A stretch of DNA of 64,000 bases, taken from a virus. Positions within the stretch are counted from its first letter, which is position 1. The number at the start of each line of letters is the position of its first letter. The notes beneath the pieces were generated by a model that had not been told where the DNA came from, searched no databases, and was given only the letters and a program-made list of their open reading frames with translations. Below, in pieces: positions 46,076 to 56,679 of the stretch. Location of the stretch: the IMG/VR virus record IMGVR_UViG_3300025018_000100; one strand, 5' to 3'. A program made the position numbers and the translations under genes.

Positions 46076-46947
46076 TGGACATTATTGATTTATTAAATGA
46101 AAAAGGTGTAGAATATAAGACTAGTAACAATCCTAATGAGATTCTTGTTAGATGTACTAGTGGCATACATGAGGATAAAACCCCAAGTATGCAGTACAAC
46201 TTAGAAAAAAATATGTTCCATTGCTGGTCTTGTGATTTTAAAGGAGGCAGTAGAAAATTTTTAGCTTCTTTAGGTATTAAAGTAAAAGTAGATGTTGAGA
46301 GTAAACAACCTTATAAAGTTCAGCAGTTAAAAAATAAGTTATTAGAAATTAAAGATCAAAAAGAGCTTCATATACCTGAAGATGCAGTTGCTGCAGTAGG
46401 CAGGATGAGTGGAATTAGTAGTGAGATAATTACTGGTTTTGATGCTTTCTTTACTCATAGATATGATATGGATGATTATGTATGTTTTCCTATATATCAA
46501 TATGGTAAGTTAAGATTTTTTGAAGGTAAAATTAAGTATAAAAATAGTCCAAAAGCTAAGTACACTCGTCAGCCTCAAGGAGTAAATACTAAAGATATAT
46601 TATTCCCTTTAGATAAAATAAAAAATAAAAGTCATCTTATTTTAGTAGAAGGGTTATTTGATATGTTAAACATGTGGCAAATGGGGTATACTAATACAGT
46701 ATGTATTTTCGGCGTTAGTAATTTTGGTAAGAAAAAAGCTGACCTTTTAGATAGTATAAATTGTACAAGAATAACTGTGTTATTTGATGGTGATTTAGCG
46801 GGTAGAAGTGGGGCTCAAAAAATTAAGGATTTATTAGAAAGTAGAAGTCTAGAAACAGATATTGTTTATTTACCAGAGGGTAGAGACCCAGGCGATTTAA
46901 CCAAGGAAGAGGCAGATAAATTTTTATACTCCTCGTTGTCAAAATAG
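46075..46947 (+). CDS. DNA primase
   Basis: C..H.D..PS...HCWSC zinc finger, LVEG.FD, FDGD.AG, DPG. Confidence 0.92.
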   Translation: MDIIDLLNEKGVEYKTSNNPNEILVRCTSGIHEDKTPSMQYNLEKNMFHCWSCDFKGGSRKFLASLGIKVKVDVESKQPYKVQQLKNKLLEIKDQKELHIPEDAVAAVGRMSGISSEIITGFDAFFTHRYDMDDYVCFPIYQYGKLRFFEGKIKYKNSPKAKYTRQPQGVNTKDILFPLDKIKNKSHLILVEGLFDMLNMWQMGYTNTVCIFGVSNFGKKKADLLDSINCTRITVLFDGDLAGRSGAQKIKDLLESRSLETDIVYLPEGRDPGDLTKEEADKFLYSSLSK

Positions 46948-47011
46948 TTCTTGACTACTGCTTAAATATATAATATAATTTAATTTATAGAAATTATTAT
47001 TGGAGAAATAT

Positions 47012-49273
47012 ATGACTAAATTAGCATTTGTTTTACCTGCTAAGACGGGTAATGCAAAAGAGCCTTTTAATGAGTATGCACATGGATTAGATTATGATAT
47101 TCATTTTTTATGCTCTCAAGAGAAGGACAAAATACTTAAAAAAGATATTGACTTAGATATGTCAATACTCAATGCTTACGATGCATTAGTTCTTGTAGGA
47201 GCAGAAAGTTTAAAATATGTAGCTGGACTTACAGGTATTATTAAATATAACGGTATGTTCGTGGAGAAAAAATATATACCATTAATTCATCCTAATATGA
47301 CTGTTTTTAAACCTCAATATAAAGTTGAGATTGTAAAAGCTTTTGACAATATTAGAAAAATTGTAAGTGGTGAAATAGATAGTACTAATAATAAAAAACG
47401 CTATCAGTATATAACTACTAAAGAAGAGTTTGAAGAGTATTTAGGTGAATTAGAATTAGCAGATGAAATTGTAGTCGATATTGAAACTACAAGTTTATCC
47501 CCAAGAGACGGTAATATCTTGGGAGTAGTTTTTAGTACAAAACCACATGAAGGTATTTTCGTAGATATTGATGTAATTAAACATTTTGTTTCTGAATTAC
47601 AAGAAGTGTTTAATAATGCTACTATTATATTTCATAATGGTAAATTCGATATTAAGTTCCTAGCTTACGAATTAGGTTTTACCTTTAATAAGGTAGAAGA
47701 TACTATGCTATTACATTATGTTTTAGATGAGAGCGTTGGTACTCACGGACTAAAACCCTTAGCAATGAAATATACTGATTTAGGTGATTATGATAGAGAA
47801 CTAGACGAGTATAAAAAGAAATTCTGTAGAGAAAATAAAATAAAATTAACTGATTTCAATTATGGACTATTTCCAATTGATATTCTAGGCACTTATGCTT
47901 GTAAAGATGGTGATGCAACATTCCAAATTTTTAAAAAGTTTAAGCCTTTAGTAGATAATAATCCTAGATTTAAGAAACTATATGAGACAATATTGTTACC
48001 TGCTAGTTATGCTTTACGAGTATTAGAGGATAATGGTGGGCCGTTAAATAAAGACCAACTAACTGTTCTAGAAGAGAGTTATCTTATTGATATTGAAGAG
48101 GCTAAAGAAGAGATTTGGCGTCACCCTGCTGTATTAAGATATGAAAGAATCTATAATAAAGTCTTCAATCCTAATAGCGTTCAGCAGTTAAGAGAAGTAT
48201 TTTTTAATATTTTAAAACTACAACCTATTAAAAAAACTGACACAGGTGCATTTTCTACGGACGCAGAAACTCTAGAAACTTTAGATCACCCGTTAGCAGA
48301 AGCTATTTTAGATTTACGTAAAAAAAGTAAAATCTATGGTACCTATATTGCAGGTATTAAAAGAGGTTTAGACGAAGACGGTAGACTTAGAAGTAACTTC
48401 AATATTCACGGTACAACTAGTGGACGACTAAGTAGTAGTGGTGTTATTAACTATCAAAATATTCCTAGAGACAATAAAGACATTAAGAAATTATTCAAAG
48501 CTCGTCCTGGGTATAAGATTGTTCAATGTGACTTAGGAACCGCAGAAGTTTATTATGCTGCTGTATTATCTGGTGATAAATTCTTACAAAAAGCGTTTAC
48601 AGATAAATTAGATTTCCACAGTTATATAGCAAAACAAATGTTTAATTTGCCTTGTGAAATTGACGCAATTAAAACTGAGTATAAAAACTATAGACAGATT
48701 AGTAAAGCTATTACTTTCGGTATTATGTATCAGGCTGGACCTGCTAAAATAGCTGAAACTGTAAATAATGATGCTACTCCGGGAAATGAAATCTCTGTTA
48801 ATGAATCTAAACAACATATTAATAAATATTTCAGAGAAGCTAAACAACTTAAACATTTTATTGATTTAAGTAATGCTCAAATTACAGATAACGCCTATAT
48901 TTATAGTTTTTTTGGTAGAAAAAGAAGACTACCAGAAAGTAGAAGCCCTAATCCAGGTATTGCTAAACACGCAATTAGAAGTGGTGTTAACTTTCTTATT
49001 CAAAGTGTAGCTAGTGATATTAATATATTAGGAGTAATTGATTTAGTTAATTGGATTGAAGAAAATAATTATCAAAAAGATATTATGCCTTTTACTGTGG
49101 TTCATGACTCTATTGTATCAGAAGTTAAAGACGAATTAATAGATGAATATGTTAAAGTTACTAAGCAATTTTTACAAAAAGATAGAGGCTTAAGTATTCC
49201 AGACTGTCCTATTAACGTAGATTTTGAAGTAGGTACAAGTTGGGGTGAATTAGAAGATTATAAAAAGGTATAG
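47012..49273 (+). CDS. Family A DNA polymerase with 3'-5' exonuclease
   Basis: DIET, HNGKFD, YACKD, TTSGRLSS, DLGTAE, RQISKAITFGIMY, VHDS; TTGACT-N17-TATAAT promoter at 46951-46979. Confidence 0.95.
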   Translation: MTKLAFVLPAKTGNAKEPFNEYAHGLDYDIHFLCSQEKDKILKKDIDLDMSILNAYDALVLVGAESLKYVAGLTGIIKYNGMFVEKKYIPLIHPNMTVFKPQYKVEIVKAFDNIRKIVSGEIDSTNNKKRYQYITTKEEFEEYLGELELADEIVVDIETTSLSPRDGNILGVVFSTKPHEGIFVDIDVIKHFVSELQEVFNNATIIFHNGKFDIKFLAYELGFTFNKVEDTMLLHYVLDESVGTHGLKPLAMKYTDLGDYDRELDEYKKKFCRENKIKLTDFNYGLFPIDILGTYACKDGDATFQIFKKFKPLVDNNPRFKKLYETILLPASYALRVLEDNGGPLNKDQLTVLEESYLIDIEEAKEEIWRHPAVLRYERIYNKVFNPNSVQQLREVFFNILKLQPIKKTDTGAFSTDAETLETLDHPLAEAILDLRKKSKIYGTYIAGIKRGLDEDGRLRSNFNIHGTTSGRLSSSGVINYQNIPRDNKDIKKLFKARPGYKIVQCDLGTAEVYYAAVLSGDKFLQKAFTDKLDFHSYIAKQMFNLPCEIDAIKTEYKNYRQISKAITFGIMYQAGPAKIAETVNNDATPGNEISVNESKQHINKYFREAKQLKHFIDLSNAQITDNAYIYSFFGRKRRLPESRSPNPGIAKHAIRSGVNFLIQSVASDINILGVIDLVNWIEENNYQKDIMPFTVVHDSIVSEVKDELIDEYVKVTKQFLQKDRGLSIPDCPINVDFEVGTSWGELEDYKKV

Positions 49274-49435
49274 AAACTATGAGTGTATTTCCAGAAAAAC
49301 TTAGTAATGAATCTATCGAAGAAGATGTGAAAATAATTATTAGAAATATGGAATTTTTCATAGAGAATAGAAGTTATGATTATTTTTTATATTTTTCTAT
49401 ATTACAATTAAAAGATTTATTAAATAAAGTAAAAA

Positions 49436-49945
49436 ATGAGTAAATTTAAAGGAATAACTTTTCCTTTTTTTGGATTACTAAAGAAACCTATTACATTATC
49501 GTATGACAGTAATAGAATAACAATAAAGAAGATAACTAATGGGGCCAATTTTATATTAGACGATAGAAGTATATCTGGCTCCAGTTATCTTGATAGAATA
49601 TATAAATTAGAAGATAAATACGATAAACAAAGAGTTATATTTGATATAACTGCCCGTAAAATGGAAGAACTTATAAATAGTGGATGTGTTTGGGGAATAG
49701 ATAACCAAGCAAAAGTTTTTGACTTATCTAAAAAAGAAAAATTTAAATATAAAGTTACAGATATTTCTCGTATAAAAGATAATTTATTTTGGGTAAATGG
49801 GATTAGCTACCCTTTTCAACTACCTGATCATTTAGTTGGTGTTAATTTAAAAGACTTAAAAGCTAAACTTGTGTATATTGACGGAGTTTGGTATTTACAT
49901 AGATTTGATCTATTAATAAAATATCAAAATACTATAAAACTATGA
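49436..49945 (+). CDS. Hypothetical protein between Pol and helicase
   Basis: ORF in T5-like position. Confidence 0.75.
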   Translation: MSKFKGITFPFFGLLKKPITLSYDSNRITIKKITNGANFILDDRSISGSSYLDRIYKLEDKYDKQRVIFDITARKMEELINSGCVWGIDNQAKVFDLSKKEKFKYKVTDISRIKDNLFWVNGISYPFQLPDHLVGVNLKDLKAKLVYIDGVWYLHRFDLLIKYQNTIKL

Positions 49946-52428
49946 AAAAAATAAAAATAAAAAAAATACATGTCAGTGATAAAATTAGATTTAGTATTAA
50001 TGATTTAATTGACTCAGATATTTACGACCTAAGAGATCGCTTTTCTTGGAATTTACAGGATGAGAGATTTTCTATATTAGATGAGTATGAAGGTAGTGAT
50101 ATAGTAGAACTACCAAGCAACGCTTGGTGGGCTTTAGAATACGATGAAGTAGTCGACGAAAGATGTTTCCCTAAAAAACAAGAATTTGAATTTGAAGGCA
50201 CACTAAGAGCTGAACAAGAGGCTGTTAGTGATGCTTTTTTATTGACTAAAAGTGGAAACATTAGGTCAGGTATTTTTCAAGCAGCGTGCGGATGGGGTAA
50301 ATGTAAACCACACTTCTCTCGTATTTTAACAGATAAAGGATATTTATCTTTAGAAGAGTTAAAATATTGCTGGAATAATACCAAAGTAATTAATCATAAA
50401 GGTAAATACAAAATAATAGATTTTTATGACAACAAACTCGAAGAATGTTATGAAGTAAAAACTCAGATAGGTAACATTGTAAGAGGTACTGCAAAACATC
50501 CTTTACTAACATGGAATGCGCAATTATTACGACTGGAATTTAAAAAAATAAATGATTTAACTACTCAAGATTATATAGTAGGAAAATATAATACTAACTT
50601 ATTCGGAAGTAATAAAATAGAAGATCCTTATTTAATTGGAATTTTAATAGGTGATGGTAGTTTAACAGTACTTAACAGGATAGGGTTTGCAAGTGCAGAT
50701 AAAGAATTACAAGAATATTTTACAAAAATATTTCCAAATTCTATAGTAGTCACAAAAAATAATCATAAAGAGTATTATATAAATAATAAGTCACTTTATA
50801 AAAAATATGTTACTAATTTTAACATAGGTTGCAAATCTATAGAAAAACCAATTTGTTCAGAATTAAGACAATTAAATAAAGAACAAACTATATTATTACT
50901 TAGAGGTTTATTTGATACAGATGGTTGTGCTAATAATGACGGAACTGTTGAATTTTGTAGTAGTTCTAAAGACATAGCTTATTATGTATTCGAACAATTA
51001 CTTAATTTAGGTATTATTTCTAGAATCAAAAAGAAAAAAACAAATAAAAATGATACTTATATTATTGATATTAATTCTAAATATGAATGCCTAAAATTTT
51101 ATAATTTAGTAGGGTTTTCTATAGAAAGAAAACAAAAAAGAAAAGACATTATAGGTAATAAATCTTTTGGATCTACTTTAACAGGTAATTTTGTAAATTT
51201 AAATAAACTAGTATATAAATTATATAAAGAATTTTTAACTAATAAAGGTTATAGTAAAAAATTTAGTAATTATAAGAATAACAATATAAGTTTGAGAAAA
51301 TTTAATGAATCTGTAGAAATTCTTGGTAAGTATAATGTTGATTATACTGAAATAAAAGATTATATTAATAGCTATGCTGCCAAAGTAGTATCAATAAATA
51401 GTATTGGAGTACAACAAACCTATGATATTTCAGTAGATGAAACTGCCTGTTATGTTTCTGAGGGTATAATAAATCATAATACTTTCGCAGGTACTCAAAT
51501 GCTAGCTAAAAGTAAAACTAAATGTTTAGTATTAGTACATAGTACTTTATTATTTAATCAGTGGATAGCAGAGTTGAAAAATTTAGTTCCAGATGCAACC
51601 ATAGGTATGATAGGTGATGGACACGACACAACCGGAGATATTGATGTAGGTATTTATAAAAGTGTAGTAAATAGATTAGATAAGGTAAGAAGTAGGTACG
51701 GGTTAGTACTTGTTGATGAAGTACATTTATGTCCCGCTGATTTATTTGGGTCATGTTTAAACGGTATTAACGCGAAAATTAAAATCGGTGTTAGTGCTAC
51801 ACCTAAGAGAAAAGATGGTAGACATGCGGCGTTACCTTATTATTTTACTACGTTCAATGTAGTAGCAGAAGATTTTAATAAGCGATCTGCTGAGTACGAA
51901 ATTATAAAGACCGATATACCTTTCAATATTAGAGACCCTAAAGTTGATTGGGCAAGATCGTTAAATAAGCTAAGTAAAGATGAAGCTTATATAAATTTAA
52001 TAGCAAATAGAGCTATTAGAGATATAAATAGAGGTAGAGTACCTTTAATATTATTTCCTAGATTAGAAATGTTGGATGCGTTAGCTAAAAAAATTCCTAA
52101 TAGTATTAAAATTACTGGGTCAACTACTAATAGAGAAGAGTTATTAAAAGATGTAGGATCGATATACAAATGCGTATTAAGTACTACTATTTTTGATGAA
52201 GGTGTTAGTTGTCACAGATTAGATACATATTATAGTATATGTCCCGAAAATAATCCATATAAAAGAGAACAGAGAATAGGAAGAATACAGAGAGATCATG
52301 CCTCTGCTAAATATCCCTGTATTAGGGACTTCTTTTTAAAAGGTAAATTTGTAGAAAAACAACAGATAAATAGACTAAACTGGTATAAACAAGTAGGGTA
52401 TAAAGAAATCTATGATAACTTATTATAA
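49942..52428 (+). CDS. SF2 helicase (T5 D10/UvsW-like) with intein
   Basis: ACGWGK|T Walker A split by intein, DEVH, SATP.R.DG, Q.IGRIQR. Confidence 0.9.
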   Translation: MKKIKIKKIHVSDKIRFSINDLIDSDIYDLRDRFSWNLQDERFSILDEYEGSDIVELPSNAWWALEYDEVVDERCFPKKQEFEFEGTLRAEQEAVSDAFLLTKSGNIRSGIFQAACGWGKCKPHFSRILTDKGYLSLEELKYCWNNTKVINHKGKYKIIDFYDNKLEECYEVKTQIGNIVRGTAKHPLLTWNAQLLRLEFKKINDLTTQDYIVGKYNTNLFGSNKIEDPYLIGILIGDGSLTVLNRIGFASADKELQEYFTKIFPNSIVVTKNNHKEYYINNKSLYKKYVTNFNIGCKSIEKPICSELRQLNKEQTILLLRGLFDTDGCANNDGTVEFCSSSKDIAYYVFEQLLNLGIISRIKKKKTNKNDTYIIDINSKYECLKFYNLVGFSIERKQKRKDIIGNKSFGSTLTGNFVNLNKLVYKLYKEFLTNKGYSKKFSNYKNNNISLRKFNESVEILGKYNVDYTEIKDYINSYAAKVVSINSIGVQQTYDISVDETACYVSEGIINHNTFAGTQMLAKSKTKCLVLVHSTLLFNQWIAELKNLVPDATIGMIGDGHDTTGDIDVGIYKSVVNRLDKVRSRYGLVLVDEVHLCPADLFGSCLNGINAKIKIGVSATPKRKDGRHAALPYYFTTFNVVAEDFNKRSAEYEIIKTDIPFNIRDPKVDWARSLNKLSKDEAYINLIANRAIRDINRGRVPLILFPRLEMLDALAKKIPNSIKITGSTTNREELLKDVGSIYKCVLSTTIFDEGVSCHRLDTYYSICPENNPYKREQRIGRIQRDHASAKYPCIRDFFLKGKFVEKQQINRLNWYKQVGYKEIYDNLL
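50302..51480 (+). mobile_element. Intein (393 aa) with LAGLIDADG homing endonuclease in helicase P-loop
   Basis: C1 (CKPH), GTAKHP, IGILIGDG, LRGLFDTDG, TYDISV, HN|T. Confidence 0.93.
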
Positions 52429-52870
52429 TTGGAATCAATTACTTCAGCACGGAGACCAGCACAATGCTGCTATTTTAATTTTGACACTTGCTATCCTCAA
52501 AGGGTATAATAATATTATTGCTGGAAACAGTAGCGAACTCATGGAAAAATTATATATAAATAATATTCCTCCAATACTATTTAGAAGAGGTTACTTATCT
52601 GTAAATAAATATGGCGGTATTAAAGGTTTCTATAAAGTTACTGAACCAACAAGTTATTTTACAAACAATAAATTCTTATACTATAAAATACCTTTGAGAA
52701 GTAAAATAGAATATCTTTGGATGTTAAGTTTAAGAAGAATAAATGAAAAACAAGACTACATTCCTGAAAATTACGTTAGCGAAAAAAGATGGAATAATAT
52801 ATTAATAGAGCGAAAACAAGGTAGATTATATTTTATACCTGAGTGTAGCTCTCCACAGACCAGAACATAG
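52412..52870 (+). CDS. Hypothetical protein
   Basis: Coupled ORF in T5-like position. Confidence 0.7.
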   Translation: MITYYNWNQLLQHGDQHNAAILILTLAILKGYNNIIAGNSSELMEKLYINNIPPILFRRGYLSVNKYGGIKGFYKVTEPTSYFTNNKFLYYKIPLRSKIEYLWMLSLRRINEKQDYIPENYVSEKRWNNILIERKQGRLYFIPECSSPQTRT

Positions 52871-52889
52871 TTCATAAAAGGAGACAAAC

Positions 52890-53549
52890 ATGGTATCATG
52901 GGATCAAGCAAAAGCCCCACAAGGTGGAGGTCAAAGAAAAGAAATTGATAGATTAAAATTTGAAATAGGAGATACTAAAATCAGATTAATAGGAGATGTT
53001 GTACCCCGATATGTATATTGGGTTACTACAAAAGAAGGTAAAAAGGCACCAGTAGAGTGTTTAAGTTTTAATAGAGAGACTGAAAGTTTTAATGATGGAG
53101 TACCTGACCCTATTAAGGAAATTACGTCAGAAGCAACTGGGGGTGAAGAATTAAAACCACAGTTTGCATATGTGTGTAATGCTATTGATAGAAAAGCTAA
53201 GTCAGTAAAGGTATTCGATTTAAAATCAACAATCTTTAAACAGATTGTAGACTTTGCTAAGAATGTTGAATATGGTAGTCCTGCTGATCCAGTTAATGGA
53301 TATGATTTAACTATTAAAAAAGAAAAGACAGGTAATTTACCTCAAAACGTCAAATATACTGTTATACCTGGCAGAAGCTCTACTCCCTTAACTGAAGAAG
53401 AGCAAAAGATGGAAACTTATGAATTAAGTAAAATGCATAAAGTTCCTACTTATGAAGAACAAAAAGAGTGGCTCATTAAAAACACTTTTTATTTTAGTAG
53501 TGATAATAGTGAATTCTCTCCAGACGAAAGTGCAGAGGATTTAACATAA
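52890..53549 (+). CDS. T5 D11-like ssDNA-binding protein
   Basis: RL.G.V.PRYVYWV, ECLSF.R, DP..GYD....K.KTG....V.Y, acidic tail. Confidence 0.8.
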   Translation: MVSWDQAKAPQGGGQRKEIDRLKFEIGDTKIRLIGDVVPRYVYWVTTKEGKKAPVECLSFNRETESFNDGVPDPIKEITSEATGGEELKPQFAYVCNAIDRKAKSVKVFDLKSTIFKQIVDFAKNVEYGSPADPVNGYDLTIKKEKTGNLPQNVKYTVIPGRSSTPLTEEEQKMETYELSKMHKVPTYEEQKEWLIKNTFYFSSDNSEFSPDESAEDLT

Positions 53550-54464
53550 ATGGTAAAAAGAGTATCTGAAGATAAAATTTTAATTTCAGATGCAAACGTG
53601 GAAGCACAGGCTCATGAAGAGCCTGTGCTTGACACTGCATCGTCTTCTGAATCTTCTACTCCTGCTATTACAGGAGTAGATGGTAATAAACTACAAATTG
53701 ACGTAAATTACCTACGTAAGTATAATATATTTTTTGCTACCCCTTGTTATGGTGGTATGCTAACAGACCAATATTTTTTGAGCATGTTTAGAACTACACA
53801 AAAGTTAATGCAATTAGGTATTAACTTTAGAATTACTACTTTAAGAAATGAAAGTCTTATTACAAGAGGTAGAAACATATTAAACGCTATGTTTATGGAT
53901 AGTGATTGTACTCATTTAATGTTTATTGATAGTGATATTGAATGGGATCCCGACAGCATAGTTAGGATGTTAGCAATGAATAAGCCAATTATTGCAGGTG
54001 CGTACCCTAAAAAAACAGTTAATTGGGGTAACGTAAAAGAGGCAGCCGCGCGAGGAGAAAAGGATTTAGAAAATTTCCAGGCTGATTATGCTATTAATTT
54101 ACATTTTGCAGATAAAGAAACTAAAAAAGTTGAGTATAAAGATGGAGCTATTAAGGTTCTTGACGCAAGCACTGGATTTTTTATGATAAAACGTGAAGTA
54201 GTTGAAAAAATGATGAAACATTATCCAGAATTGCATTATAAAAATGATAGTCATATTGATCCTAGATTTGATAAGTGGTGTTATAGCTTATTTGATACTA
54301 TGCATGATCCAAAAGATAATAGGTATTTATCAGAAGATTATACATTTTGTAGAAGATGGCAAATGATGGGCGGAGAAATTTGGTTAGACCCACACACTAG
54401 TTTAAATCACGTTGGTAGTTACACATTTCATGGAAACCCTAGTAGAATGTTTAGGAATGCTTAA
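53550..54464 (+). CDS. GT-A fold glycosyltransferase-like phage protein
   Basis: ATPCYGG, ESLITRGRN, FIDSD, YPKK, TGF, LSEDY.FC. Confidence 0.8.
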   Translation: MVKRVSEDKILISDANVEAQAHEEPVLDTASSSESSTPAITGVDGNKLQIDVNYLRKYNIFFATPCYGGMLTDQYFLSMFRTTQKLMQLGINFRITTLRNESLITRGRNILNAMFMDSDCTHLMFIDSDIEWDPDSIVRMLAMNKPIIAGAYPKKTVNWGNVKEAAARGEKDLENFQADYAINLHFADKETKKVEYKDGAIKVLDASTGFFMIKREVVEKMMKHYPELHYKNDSHIDPRFDKWCYSLFDTMHDPKDNRYLSEDYTFCRRWQMMGGEIWLDPHTSLNHVGSYTFHGNPSRMFRNA

Positions 54465-54886
54465 TGAAATACTGTTTAGGATTTATTCATGAAAACTACA
54501 CTAAAAATATATTATTAATTAGAAAAAACAGACCTTCCTGGCAAGCAGGATTTTTAAATGGTGTTGGAGGTAAAGTAGAATTAGGTGAAACCTCTAAAGA
54601 AGCAATGTCTAGAGAAACAGAGGAAGAAACTGGATTTCAAATTCCAATAGATAACTGGAATTTATTTGCTACCCTACAAGAAAAAGATAAATTTAAAATA
54701 GATGTTTTTAATATATTTGTTGATAATTTAAGTGAATTTGAGCAGAAAACAGATGAGAAATTAGAAATTCATGAATGGGATAAATTATCTAAAGAATTAT
54801 ATATAATACAAAACCTATTATGGTTAATACCTTTAGGGCTATACAGTTTATCCAATAAAATTGATATAGTAGAGGTAAATTATTAA
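54464..54886 (+). CDS. Nudix hydrolase
   Basis: GGKVE.GE...AM.RE..EETG. Confidence 0.9.
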   Translation: MKYCLGFIHENYTKNILLIRKNRPSWQAGFLNGVGGKVELGETSKEAMSRETEEETGFQIPIDNWNLFATLQEKDKFKIDVFNIFVDNLSEFEQKTDEKLEIHEWDKLSKELYIIQNLLWLIPLGLYSLSNKIDIVEVNY

Positions 54887-55398
54887 TGATAGTAATTAAT
54901 CTATTTGGAGGGCCGGGAGTTGGTAAATCTACTATCGCTTCTGGTCTTTTTTCTTTAATGAAAAAGCAAAGATTAAATGTAGAATTAGTAACTGAATATG
55001 CTAAGGATATGACTTGGGAACGTAGATTAAATGTATTACAAGATCAGTTATATGTTACAGCGAAACAAAATAGAAGGTTAGCTAGACTTATAGACCATAA
55101 AGTAGACTGGGTTATAACAGATAGCCCACTACCTATAGGTTTATTATATACACCAGAAGATTATTATAGTAACTATAAACCTTTTTTATTAGAAGTCTTT
55201 AATAGTTACAACAATGTAAATTTTTTAATTGAAAGAAGAGTTAAATATGATACTACAGGTAGAAATCAAAATGAATATGAGGCTAAATTAATTGATGAAA
55301 AACTAAGAAAGTTTTTAGTAGATTTTAATATTTCTTACCATAGTGCTGCTGACGAACACGAAATACTAAAAGAATTATTAGGTGAAAGATTGATTTAG
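54886..55398 (+). CDS. NadR-type P-loop kinase/ATPase
   Basis: GGPGVGKST, EYAK, TDSP, GR.Q. Confidence 0.8.
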   Translation: MIVINLFGGPGVGKSTIASGLFSLMKKQRLNVELVTEYAKDMTWERRLNVLQDQLYVTAKQNRRLARLIDHKVDWVITDSPLPIGLLYTPEDYYSNYKPFLLEVFNSYNNVNFLIERRVKYDTTGRNQNEYEAKLIDEKLRKFLVDFNISYHSAADEHEILKELLGERLI

Positions 55399-55430
55399 AG
55401 TATATTCATTAAAGATTTGGAGAGTTATTT

Positions 55431-56411
55431 ATGATGAAAATATTAATGAGTGCAGATTGGCACATACTTCTTCATAAGAAGAAAGTTCCTAAAGAATGGC
55501 AAACAAATAGATTTAAGCTATTTTTTGATAAAATTTTAGAGTTAGAAAAAGATTGCGATATTCATATAATTGCTGGAGACGTATTTGATACAGCCCCTAA
55601 ATTAGATGAATCTACTCTATTTGAAGATTTTGCTAATAGAGCAAGTATAAAAACTATCATTATTCCTGGTAATCATGAGGCTACTAAAAAAGGTAAAAGT
55701 TTTTTAAGTGAATATGTTGATAATCCTAATGCTATTAGTAATCCACTAGTAGAAATATATACCTATAATACAAGAATTGAACATATGGGTCAGGGTTTTC
55801 AGTTATTTCCTTATGGTGAGATGCAGCTTGATAAAATACCTAATTATGTAGAAAATGATATATTAGTTACACATATTAGAGGTGAAGTACCACCACATGT
55901 CACCGCTGAATATGACTTCGAAAAACTTAGAAAATGGAAATTAATATTACTCGGAGATTTACATTTTAATCATAAATATAAAGATTATCCTGCATATTAT
56001 CCGGGTAGTCCTATGAATGTTACTTTTGATAGGTCAGATAATCGAGATTATGGTGTATATATTATAGATTTCAATGATATTGATGATTATAAAGTTAATT
56101 TTATTCCTTTAAAACTTCCTAAGCTAATTAGAAAAACAATTAAATCAGATGAGCAAGATCAAATTAAAAAAGATCAATTTCATCATATTATTTATGAAAT
56201 TACAGGAAATGTAAGTGAATTAGGTAATGTAGATATTAAAAATGAATTAATTGATAAAAAAGTAGCTCATAGGCCTATTGAAAGTAGTAGTTTAGATTTA
56301 TCAACTGCTAAAAATATTAGAGAAGAATTAGGTAGATACTTAGATTACAACAAAATAGATAATAAAACAGGAATACTCAAAGAATTTGAAGATTTAGGGG
56401 TTATAGACTAA
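55431..56411 (+). CDS. Mre11/SbcD-like nuclease (T5 D12-like)
   Basis: ADWH, GDVFD, GNHE, GDLH, YPGSP. Confidence 0.9.
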   Translation: MMKILMSADWHILLHKKKVPKEWQTNRFKLFFDKILELEKDCDIHIIAGDVFDTAPKLDESTLFEDFANRASIKTIIIPGNHEATKKGKSFLSEYVDNPNAISNPLVEIYTYNTRIEHMGQGFQLFPYGEMQLDKIPNYVENDILVTHIRGEVPPHVTAEYDFEKLRKWKLILLGDLHFNHKYKDYPAYYPGSPMNVTFDRSDNRDYGVYIIDFNDIDDYKVNFIPLKLPKLIRKTIKSDEQDQIKKDQFHHIIYEITGNVSELGNVDIKNELIDKKVAHRPIESSSLDLSTAKNIREELGRYLDYNKIDNKTGILKEFEDLGVID

Positions 56412-56478
56412 TACGTCAATATCTAATAAAATAGTGTTGTGTTATTATTAATCGTTTGTGAGAAGGTAAATAACTAAA

Positions 56479-56679
56479 TTGAAATGCGTAAAATGTAAAA
56501 AAGTAATCAATAATACGGAGTATTATGATAAAAGTAATGTTATAGGTCCCCTATATTTTAAAGCTAAAGTGGTAAAGGGACCTTCTTATTTTATATATAG
56601 TGAAGATCACGAAAATGATTTACCTTTTTGCTCGAGCAAATGTTCTTTAGAGCATTATGAAATGTTAAAAAATGACTAA
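56479..56679 (+). CDS. Small zinc-finger protein
   Basis: CVKC...FCSSKC. Confidence 0.65.
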   Translation: MKCVKCKKVINNTEYYDKSNVIGPLYFKAKVVKGPSYFIYSEDHENDLPFCSSKCSLEHYEMLKND

